Below, in pieces: positions 7,905 through 15,604 of a stretch of 64,000 nt of DNA. Numbering within the stretch: position 1 is the stretch's first letter; each line of letters starts with the position of its first letter. Where the stretch lies: contig DMCH01000158.1 of the NCBI GenBank assembly GCA_003446775.1, positions 21,650 through 85,649 on the forward strand. Reading direction: 5' to 3'. The notes beneath the pieces were generated by a model. The model had not been told where the DNA came from, searched no databases, and was given only the letters and a program-made list of their open reading frames with translations. The DNA comes from Chloroflexota bacterium. Lineage in GTDB: Bacteria; Chloroflexota; Dormibacteria; Dormibacterales; Dormibacteraceae. The position numbers and the translations under genes were made by a program.

Positions 7905-9191
7905 ATGATCCGTCGCGTCACGATGGCGCAGCTCACCAAAGACGTCTCCGAATCGCCCCTCCTGGGCTACAGCCGATGGGCGCTCGCGGTCAATGTCGGC
8001 GCGATGTTCTCGTACGTCTGGCGCTTCAAGGTAGGGCCGGTACCCACCAATGTCCTCGAGATCCTGGTCCTCGCGACTATCGCGCTCTACATAGCGGGGC
8101 GGCTCCAAACAGGACCCTGGCGACCCCCACGCACGGGACTCGAGATCCCGACCGCTCTTCTATTGATTGCCGGCCTCGTCGCCATCGCCGTGTCGCCCAA
8201 CCACGTCGGCGCGCTCGGCTTCTATCGCGCGTACTTCATCGAGCCCGTCATCCTGTTCTACGTCGCGATCGATCTGCTGCGCACGCCGCAGCACTTCCGC
8301 ATCGTGCTGCTCGGCCTGGCGGCTGGTTCCAGTCTCTTCGCGATTCTCAATCTCGGCGCATGGGCGATCGCATTGTTGAGCCACCAGCCGATCGCGACCG
8401 CCAACGCGCCGGAGGCTCTTTACACAAGCCCCAATTCCGTCGCGATCTTCCTCGAGGCCCCTTTTGCGATTGCAGCCGGCTACGTCCTCTATTCGGATGA
8501 CCGGCGAGAGCGCTGGATCGCCGCCGCGTGCTTGGTGTTCCTGCTGGCCGCCCTGCTGTTGACGCTTTCGAGGGCGGCCTGGCTGACCCTCGCGGCGCTC
8601 GCCCTGGTGGCTGTCATCACGATGCCGAACCTGAGGGTGAAGCTCGCGCTCCTCGGCGGCGCGCTGATCGGCGGATTCGCGGTGGCACAGATCCCCTTTG
8701 TCCACCAGCGGCTCGCCCGGCAGCTGGACTTCAGCTTCAAGGACAACACATTCGAGGGCCGGGTGCAGATCTGGAGTGACACGCTCCGCATGCTGCGCGA
8801 CCGCCCGATCTTCGGCACCGGCCTGCGCGGATACGAGAGGGTAATGACGCCCTACATGACGGGGAACCGGCTCCCGGAGCTGTATCCGCACAATCTGTTT
8901 CTCGCCATGTGGGCCGAGCTCGGCCTGCTCGGCCTGCTCGCGTTCGTCATTCTCCTGGCCATGCTCCTCTGGCGAGGATGGCGAGGCTTCTATCGAGCGA
9001 ATGGCTTCGCCCGGCCGCTGCTGTGGGGCACCTCGGCTGCCTTCGTTGCAGTGGCCGTCCACGGTATGTTCGACACGCCTTACTACAACAACGACATCTC
9101 TCTGGAGTTCTGGATCGTGGCCGCGCTGGAAGTCGCGGCGCTGCGCATGATGACCGCCGATGCGACCAGAAACCAGGACTTCGCGCGTTGA
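7905..9191 (+). CDS. Wzy_C-domain polytopic membrane protein (O-antigen ligase / polymerase / O-oligosaccharyltransferase family)
   Basis: Multi-TM protein. LTLSRAAWLTLAALALV and IFGTGLRGYERV...YPHNLFLAMWAELGLLGLLAFV fit the Wzy_C signature. The track start GTG 7866 would overlap the ilvD start, so ATG 7905 or 7923 is more likely. Confidence 0.75.
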   Translation: MIRRVTMAQLTKDVSESPLLGYSRWALAVNVGAMFSYVWRFKVGPVPTNVLEILVLATIALYIAGRLQTGPWRPPRTGLEIPTALLLIAGLVAIAVSPNHVGALGFYRAYFIEPVILFYVAIDLLRTPQHFRIVLLGLAAGSSLFAILNLGAWAIALLSHQPIATANAPEALYTSPNSVAIFLEAPFAIAAGYVLYSDDRRERWIAAACLVFLLAALLLTLSRAAWLTLAALALVAVITMPNLRVKLALLGGALIGGFAVAQIPFVHQRLARQLDFSFKDNTFEGRVQIWSDTLRMLRDRPIFGTGLRGYERVMTPYMTGNRLPELYPHNLFLAMWAELGLLGLLAFVILLAMLLWRGWRGFYRANGFARPLLWGTSAAFVAVAVHGMFDTPYYNNDISLEFWIVAALEVAALRMMTADATRNQDFAR

Positions 9192-9201
9192 GCTAGCCAG
9201 A

Positions 9202-11859
9202 GTGAAGGGACTGCGACTCGCGGGCACCGCTGCCGTGAGCTTGCTTTTCAGCGGGATTGTGGTCGTGCAGGCAGCCCCTGCCACACATGCCGTCATCCCT
9301 TTCACGGCCCAACCCAAAGCGGCGGCTGTCGTCCCTAACGGCAGCTGGCCCGTGTACCACCATGACAACGCGCACACGGGCTACGACGGCACCCAACCAA
9401 CCTCGTCAACAGCGACCACCGGGTGGGTCAGCGGGACGATGGATGCTCCGGTCTACGGCTCACCGCTGGTCTACGGCGGAATCGTCTACTCGGCCACCCT
9501 CAACAACACCGTTTACGCGTTCAACCAGGCCGACGGGTCGACCCTGTGGAGCAGGAACCTCGGAGCGCCCACGACCACCGGCTGGAACTGCGGCAACGTC
9601 TCCTTTCAGGGAATCCTGGGCACGCCGGTCATCGACACGGCCGCAGGCCGGATCTACGTCGCCGCCCTGGGATCGGATCACGTCTACCGCGTGTTCGGCC
9701 TAGGCCTTGCCTCCGGAGCAACCCAACTCACTACCGCTATCCCAACCACCATCGGTGACGGGACCTTCGACTGGACGATTCAGCAGCAGCGCGGCGCCCT
9801 TGGACTCGCCAACGGCTTCGTCTACGTTCCCTTCGGAGGGCGGTGGGGCGACTGCGGCAGCTACCACGGTTGGGTGGTCGGGGTGCCCACGAATGGCGGC
9901 ACGACGCCCGCGGTCTATGAGACGCCCTCAACGGGATCAGGCATCTGGGCGGCTGGAGGGGTGGTCACCGACGACGCCACCGGCAACGTCTTCTTCGCCA
10001 CCGGGAATGCGATGCCCCGCTCCTCTTGCCCCACCGCGGTCAACAGCGACTCCGTGATCCGGACCGGCCCGGCACTCGGCACGGCGACATCCTTCTTCCA
10101 GCCGCAGGACTGGCTGGCCAACTGGTGCGACACCGACACGGACCTGGGCTCGGCCAGCCCCACGCTCATCAGCCCCAGCCTCGCCTTCATGTCCGGCAAG
10201 TACGGCCAGGGCTTCCTGCTCGACCCTACAAACCTTGGTGGCACGAATGGGCAGATCTTCCCTGCCCGCTCACCTTATGCCGGCGCCGACGTATGCGTGG
10301 GCAACCACAACGACGCAACCTTCGGGTCCTTCGCCTATGCCGCTCCCTACATCTACCTTTCCTGCCAGAGCCAGGGCATCGTGGGCCTCAAGGTCGACAC
10401 CACGGCAAAAACCTTCAGCCTCTGCGACGCCACCTGCGCAGCTCCTTCATGGAATTCGGGCGCCGGCAAGGTTTACGGCCCGCCGATCGTCGCGGGCGGC
10501 ATCGTGTGGGCGGTCGATACCAACGGCTCCGGGCTCACCGGGTTCGATGCGGCCACGGGCACCTCCGTCTTCCAGAGCGGCACTTTCCCGGCCCACAATT
10601 TTTCGACCCCGAGCGAGGCGGGCGGGCAGGTCTTCGTCGGGTCGGACACAGTCATACGTTCGTTCAACCTGGTGGTCAACGTTTGCCCGTCCGTGACTGC
10701 GTCCGCGGCGCCGGCCTCACCGCAGACGTCGGGCACGCCGGTAACCGTCACCGCCGTCGCCTCTGGCTGCCCCAACCCGCGATACGAGTTCTGGATCCTG
10801 CCCCCGGCAGGTAGCTGGACTATCGCGCAGCCGTACTCCAGCACCGCCACTTACAACTGGAACACCACCGGACTGGCCGCGGGCACTTACAGCTACTCCG
10901 TCTGGGTCCGCGACGCCAGCAGCGCGGCAAGCTACGACTCTTTCTTCCCTGGCACGGCGTACACGCTCACGACGACGGCCTGCAACTCTGTGACCGCCTC
11001 GGCGGCGCCGGCCTCCCCGCAAACCGTCGGCACGCCCGTCACCATCACCGCCAGCGCCTCGGGCTGCACCGCGCGCTACGAGTTCTGGATCCTGCCCCCC
11101 GGAGGCAGCTGGGCGATCGCGCAGCCCTACTCCGGCACCGCGACATTCAACTGGACCACCACCGGACTCCCGGCCGGCACCTATAACTACTCGGTCTGGG
11201 CACGTGACAACGCCAGCGCGGCCGCGTATGACACGTACTTCCCAGGTACCGCGTATGTCCTTACGTCCGCGGCCTGTTCGTCGGTGACCGCCTCGGCCGC
11301 GCCGGCCTCCCCGCAATCGGCAGGCACCCCCGTCACCATCACCGCCACCGCCTCGGGCTGCCCCAACGCGCGCTACGAGTTCTGGATCCTTCCTCCGGGA
11401 GGCAGTTGGACGATCATGCAGGCCTATTCCGCCAGCGCGACGTTCAACTGGAATACCACCCCGACCGCCGGCGTCTACCGATACTCGGTCTGGGTCCGCG
11501 ATAACAGCAGCGCTGCCGCCTACGACACGTACTTCCCCGGCACCACGTACACGCTGACGACCACGCCCTGCACGTCGGTGACGGCCTCCGCGGCGCCGGC
11601 CTCTCCGCAGGCGCATGGCACGACGGTCACGATCACAGCCAGCGCCTCGGGCTGCACCAATCCGCGCTACGAATTCTGGATCCTGGCTCCAGGAGGCAGC
11701 TGGGCAATTGCTCAGGCCTACTCCAGCACCGCGACGTTCAGCTGGAACACGACTGGGCTGGCCGCGGGCGTCTATCGCTACTCGGTGTGGGCCCGTGACG
11801 CCAGCAGCGGCGCCGGCTACGACACTTACTTCCCCGGTACCGCGTACACGCTGACCTGA
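9202..11859 (+). CDS. Secreted PQQ-like beta-propeller protein with four C-terminal two-Cys repeats
   Basis: Track ORF 9160..11859. GTG 9202 avoids overlap with the upstream gene, but ATG 9160 is possible. Signal-like GLRLAGTAAVSLLFSGIVVVQAAPA. Propeller repeats include VYGSPLVYGGIVYSATLNNTVYAFNQADGSTLWSRNLG. Repeats start at 10684. Confidence 0.8.
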   Translation: MKGLRLAGTAAVSLLFSGIVVVQAAPATHAVIPFTAQPKAAAVVPNGSWPVYHHDNAHTGYDGTQPTSSTATTGWVSGTMDAPVYGSPLVYGGIVYSATLNNTVYAFNQADGSTLWSRNLGAPTTTGWNCGNVSFQGILGTPVIDTAAGRIYVAALGSDHVYRVFGLGLASGATQLTTAIPTTIGDGTFDWTIQQQRGALGLANGFVYVPFGGRWGDCGSYHGWVVGVPTNGGTTPAVYETPSTGSGIWAAGGVVTDDATGNVFFATGNAMPRSSCPTAVNSDSVIRTGPALGTATSFFQPQDWLANWCDTDTDLGSASPTLISPSLAFMSGKYGQGFLLDPTNLGGTNGQIFPARSPYAGADVCVGNHNDATFGSFAYAAPYIYLSCQSQGIVGLKVDTTAKTFSLCDATCAAPSWNSGAGKVYGPPIVAGGIVWAVDTNGSGLTGFDAATGTSVFQSGTFPAHNFSTPSEAGGQVFVGSDTVIRSFNLVVNVCPSVTASAAPASPQTSGTPVTVTAVASGCPNPRYEFWILPPAGSWTIAQPYSSTATYNWNTTGLAAGTYSYSVWVRDASSAASYDSFFPGTAYTLTTTACNSVTASAAPASPQTVGTPVTITASASGCTARYEFWILPPGGSWAIAQPYSGTATFNWTTTGLPAGTYNYSVWARDNASAAAYDTYFPGTAYVLTSAACSSVTASAAPASPQSAGTPVTITATASGCPNARYEFWILPPGGSWTIMQAYSASATFNWNTTPTAGVYRYSVWVRDNSSAAAYDTYFPGTTYTLTTTPCTSVTASAAPASPQAHGTTVTITASASGCTNPRYEFWILAPGGSWAIAQAYSSTATFSWNTTGLAAGVYRYSVWARDASSGAGYDTYFPGTAYTLT
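10684..11856 (+). repeat. Coding tandem array, 4 units
   Basis: TTCTGGATCC (codons F-W-I-L) recurs at 10789, 11083, 11380 and 11674, giving a period of 294-297 nt. Confidence 0.9.
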
Positions 11860-11864
11860 GCTTG

Positions 11865-12004
11865 CCTCACCACTTGTGGGGAGGTCGGACCCTGGGCTCC
11901 CCACCATGTGGGGAGCTCCCCCGCGAAGCGGGGGTGAGGGGAGATACGGGACCATGTCGGCAGGCCGCGAAGCGGGCGCGTCCGGGTAGGGAGTCGCACT
12001 AACC
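11865..12004 (+). repeat. Family-A palindromic element, long multi-hairpin copy
   Basis: Hairpins at 11865-11884 (CCTCACCACTTGTGGGGAGG), 11896-11916 (GCTCCCCACCATGTGGGGAGC) and 11918-11934 (CCCCCGCGAAGCGGGGG). Ends GGGAGTCGCACTAACC. Its termini match the inverted copy at 2022-2087 and its core matches 55655-55708. Confidence 0.7.
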
Positions 12005-12033
12005 CGTGCGGAAACTTAGAACGGCAAGCGCCC

Positions 12034-15000
12034 GTGCCTGAACCAGGTTCCTCCAGCGTGCGCGTCGCAGTGTTGGCAGCCATCTCAGCGCTGGCGCTGC
12101 TGACGCCGCTGCCGGCTCCAGCCGCGCCCCAGGTCGCTCCCCTGGCCGCCCACGCCGCGCTGCCCTCGGACCGGCTGCATTTCGGACTCGCCAACGGCCC
12201 GGGCACCGAGTTCAACTGGATGGTCGCGACTGGGATCCCCTGGCACTATCGCTACCAGTACCTTGCCGGCGGCATCAACACGGGCGGCGTCGCGGGCGAC
12301 CCTTGCGGCGCCAACGCGGGCTGGCAGACCTGGAATTCGCCCGCCGGTCAGTTCGTGACCGACTACATCACCGCCAGCGTCGCGCAGAAGGCCATCCCGG
12401 TGTTCACCTACTACGAGATCGTGCAGTCGAACCCGTCGCCGGGCAGCGAAAGCGCCGAGCTCACGAAGATCTCGACTGTCTGCACGATGCAGGCCTACTG
12501 GGCCGACTTCACGGCCCTGATGCAGAAGGTGGGCGCGTCGGGAGCGCAGGTCGTGGTGCACGTCGAGCCCGACTTCTGGGGATTCATGGAACACCAGAAT
12601 CCGGATCCCACACTTCTTCCAGCGGTCGTTGCGAGCTCAGGCAACGCCGACTTGGCCGGGTTGCCGAACACAGTGGCGGGGATGGGTCTCGCGTTCTTGA
12701 GGCTGCGCGACAAATACGCCCCGAACGCCCTGCTCGCCATCCACGCGAGCAGCTGGGCTAGCGGCGTCGACATCGCGACCGACCAGCGCACCACAATCGA
12801 CCCGGCCGCCGAAGCCGACGCGGTGATCGCGTTCCTCAACAAGGCGGGACTGGTCGGCAATCCCGCCGGCATTACGCCATGGGACGTGATCTTCAACGAC
12901 GTGGCCGACCACGACGCGGCTTGGTACGGGGCGCTGTCCAACGTCCATTGGTGGGATCGCAACAACGCAGTCTTCCCGAACTTCACGCGCTGGCTCGCGT
13001 TCATGAGCCGTATGCACACCGACACGGCATTGCCGCTGATCGAATGGCAGGTGCCTGTGGGCAACCAGTACTTCGACACCATGAACAACACCGACGGCCA
13101 CTACCAGGACAACCGCGCCGAGTACTTCCTCGCGCACCCGGGCCAGCTCACCGCGGCCGGCATCGTCGCGGTGCTCTTCGGCAAAGCCAACGCGGGCCAG
13201 ACCAACTACTGGGACGAGAAAGGCGACGGCATCACCAACCCGGCGCCGGTGAATTCGTGGCAGTGCAACCTCTGCAACAACCACACGTCGACGGTCGCTG
13301 ACGACGACGGTGGGTTCTTGCATATGGCGGTCGGCGCTTACTACCGAACATTCCCCGGCACGAGCTGCAACCTGTTTCCGAGCGACAGCGTCTTCAACAC
13401 CGACATCTCCTCGCTCCCGGTGAACACGCAGAGCCAAACGTGGATGGGCAACATGGCGCAGAACGCAAACCTGCACGCGGACATGGGCACGTTTGCGCAG
13501 TGGTATGGAATGCCGGTTAACGTTGCCCCGCCTCCCACCACGGGCGTGACGCCCACCTTCCTCTATAACTCGGACAGCGACCACCCGGCCGAGGGCTACC
13601 CAATCGATCAGAGCACGTTGATAGAAGGCGGGCCGAGCGCGCCCTCGACCAGCGACCGGCACGCGCTCGTCATCAACAAGAACCTCTGCAAGCTCTACGA
13701 GATCTTCAACCTGCAGAACTTCACCAACGGCCAGACGCCGTCCGCCGGTTCAGGCGCGACATGGGACCTGAGCTCGAATGCGATGCGGCCGAATGGCTTC
13801 ACTTCCGCGGACGCCGCCGGCCTGCCCATTACGCCACTGCTGCTCCGGCCCGACGAGATCCAGGCCGGCACCATCGCGCACGCGATCCGTTTCACCGCGC
13901 ACTGCACGAGCACTTATATCTGGCCCGCCTCGCACCAGGCCGGCTCGTGCAGCTCGGCCTTCCCGCCGATGGGCGCGCGGTTCCGGCTGCGGTCGAACTA
14001 CAACATCTCGAGCTTCTCGCCCACCACGCAGGCTGTGTTGCGCGCGTTCCAGCACTACGGCCTGGTCCTCGCCGACAACGGATCGGACTGGTTTTTCTCC
14101 GGGACCACCGATGACTGGTGGGGTACCGCGGCGGGCAGCCAGGTGATCAGCGAGCTGAAGACGATCCCGGCGGCGCAGTTCGACGCCATCGACGAATCAG
14201 GTCTTCAAGCGGCGGCCGGCTCGTACCAGGCGGGCCCCTACACGGCACCACGCTGCGCGACGGCGGCGATGAGCGCGGCTCCTTCATCGCCACAGTCCGC
14301 GGGCGCCACGGTGGTGGTAACCGCCTCGACCTCAGGCTGCCCCAACCCCCTGTACGAGTTCTGGCTCCTCGCCCCCGGGTCGAGCACCTGGACTGTGGCG
14401 CAGGCGTACTCCACTGCCGGCACCTTCAACTGGAACACCAGCGGCTCGGCCGCAGGCACCTATTACATCTCTGTGTGGATTCGCGACGCTGGCAGCGCCA
14501 ACAGTTACGACGCCTACTTCCCGGGTGCCCCGTACACGCTGACCTCGACCGGCTGCGCGTCAGTGACCGCCTCCGCGGCGCCCGCCTCCCCGCAAACAGC
14601 CGGCACGCCCGTCACCATCACGGCCACTGCCTCAGGCTGCAAGGCGCGCTACGAGTTCTGGATCCTGCCCCCTGGAGGCAGCTGGACGATCGTTCAGGCC
14701 TACTCCAGCACGGCTACTTTCGGCTGGACTACCACCGGACTCGCGGCCGGCACCTATCGCTATTCGGTCTGGGTCCGCGACGCCGCCAGCGCAGCGAGCT
14801 ATGACGCCTACTTCCCCGGCACCGCCTACGCGCTCACCTCTACGTCCACACCTTGCACAGCAGTGACCGCCTCCGCGGCGCCGGCCTCCCCGCAATCAGC
14901 GGGCGCCGTCGTCACCATCACCGCCAGCGCCTCGGGCTGCGCCAACGCGCGTTACGAGTTCTGGATCCTGGCCCCCGGGGGTAGCTGGACCATGGCTCAG

Positions 15001-15438
15001 GCCTACTCCAGCAGCGCCACTTTCGCCTGGAATACGACCCCGCCCGCCGGCACCTACCGCTACTCGGTCTGGGTCCGCGACGCCGGCAGTTCGGCTAGCT
15101 ATGACGCTTTCTCCCCCGGCACCACCTACACGCTGACGACCACGCCCTGCACTTCGGTGACCGCCTCCGCGGCGCCGGCCTCCCCGCAGGCCCATGGCAC
15201 CACGATCTCCATCACCGCCATCGCCTCTGGCTGCCCCAACCCTCAGTACGAGTTCTGGATCCTGGCCCCTGGGGGCACGTGGACGATTGCTCAGGGCTAC
15301 TCCAGCAGCGCCACATTCAGCTGGAACACGACCGGACTGCCCGCCGGCACCTACCGCTACTCGGTCTGGGTCCGCGACGCCAGCAGCTCGGCCGCGTACG
15401 ACGCTTTCTTCCCCAGTGTCACGTACACGCTGACCTAG
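12034..15438 (+). CDS. Secreted protein with two N-terminal domains of unknown function and four C-terminal two-Cys repeats
   Basis: GTG 12034. Signal-like VRVAVLAAISALALLTPLPAPAA. Domain 1 (to ~13330) has VVVHVEPDFWGFMEH and may be a glycosidase-like barrel (tentative). Domain 2 (~13330-14250) has FTSADAAGLPITPLLLRPDEI...HAIRFTA...LVLADNGSDWFFSG, a conserved hypothetical domain. Repeats start at 14254. Confidence 0.75.
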   Translation: MPEPGSSSVRVAVLAAISALALLTPLPAPAAPQVAPLAAHAALPSDRLHFGLANGPGTEFNWMVATGIPWHYRYQYLAGGINTGGVAGDPCGANAGWQTWNSPAGQFVTDYITASVAQKAIPVFTYYEIVQSNPSPGSESAELTKISTVCTMQAYWADFTALMQKVGASGAQVVVHVEPDFWGFMEHQNPDPTLLPAVVASSGNADLAGLPNTVAGMGLAFLRLRDKYAPNALLAIHASSWASGVDIATDQRTTIDPAAEADAVIAFLNKAGLVGNPAGITPWDVIFNDVADHDAAWYGALSNVHWWDRNNAVFPNFTRWLAFMSRMHTDTALPLIEWQVPVGNQYFDTMNNTDGHYQDNRAEYFLAHPGQLTAAGIVAVLFGKANAGQTNYWDEKGDGITNPAPVNSWQCNLCNNHTSTVADDDGGFLHMAVGAYYRTFPGTSCNLFPSDSVFNTDISSLPVNTQSQTWMGNMAQNANLHADMGTFAQWYGMPVNVAPPPTTGVTPTFLYNSDSDHPAEGYPIDQSTLIEGGPSAPSTSDRHALVINKNLCKLYEIFNLQNFTNGQTPSAGSGATWDLSSNAMRPNGFTSADAAGLPITPLLLRPDEIQAGTIAHAIRFTAHCTSTYIWPASHQAGSCSSAFPPMGARFRLRSNYNISSFSPTTQAVLRAFQHYGLVLADNGSDWFFSGTTDDWWGTAAGSQVISELKTIPAAQFDAIDESGLQAAAGSYQAGPYTAPRCATAAMSAAPSSPQSAGATVVVTASTSGCPNPLYEFWLLAPGSSTWTVAQAYSTAGTFNWNTSGSAAGTYYISVWIRDAGSANSYDAYFPGAPYTLTSTGCASVTASAAPASPQTAGTPVTITATASGCKARYEFWILPPGGSWTIVQAYSSTATFGWTTTGLAAGTYRYSVWVRDAASAASYDAYFPGTAYALTSTSTPCTAVTASAAPASPQSAGAVVTITASASGCANARYEFWILAPGGSWTMAQAYSSSATFAWNTTPPAGTYRYSVWVRDAGSSASYDAFSPGTTYTLTTTPCTSVTASAAPASPQAHGTTISITAIASGCPNPQYEFWILAPGGTWTIAQGYSSSATFSWNTTGLPAGTYRYSVWVRDASSSAAYDAFFPSVTYTLT
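14254..15435 (+). repeat. Coding tandem array, 4 units
   Basis: Units start RCATAAMSAAPSSPQ, CASVTASAAPASPQTAG, CTAVTASAAPASPQSAG and CTSVTASAAPASPQAHG. Confidence 0.9.
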
Positions 15439-15470
15439 GTTCGGAAGCGATGGCTTGACCTCGGTAAGGA

Positions 15471-15503
15471 GCCGCCGGCATTTGCCGGCGGCGCTTTCAT
15501 TTT
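15471..15503 (+). terminator. Rho-independent terminator
   Basis: GCCGCCGGC-ATTT-GCCGGCGGC stem-loop followed by GCTTTCATTTT, 33 nt after the stop at 15438. Confidence 0.7.
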
Positions 15504-15604
15504 GCCGGTGCGCGCGGAGCCCGCGGAGCTAGACGAACCAGGTCCTCCGGACGTTCGGAAGGCAAGATCGCCGGGCCCCTGGCCGTTGGGCTAGGGTGTC
15601 GCCC

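Noticed and set aside
10789-10798. A GGATCC (BamHI-type palindrome) present once per repeat unit.
   Set aside because: It is explained by the codons TTC-TGG-ATC-CTG for the conserved F-W-I-L. There is no evidence of a restriction-modification or recombination-site role.
10849-10866. The conserved N-T-T sequon (FNWNTTG) in most repeats as evidence for PglB-type N-glycosylation.
   Set aside because: No STT3/PglB-like oligosaccharyltransferase was recognised. The bacterial extended sequon D/E-x-N-x-S/T is not met, since F/Y-N-W precedes the Asn.
10684-11856. Regular ~294-nt tandem repeats that could be taken for a CRISPR array or satellite.
   Set aside because: The period is far too long and there are no spacers. 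The arrays sit entirely inside long ORFs with a conserved protein consensus, so they are coding domain repeats.
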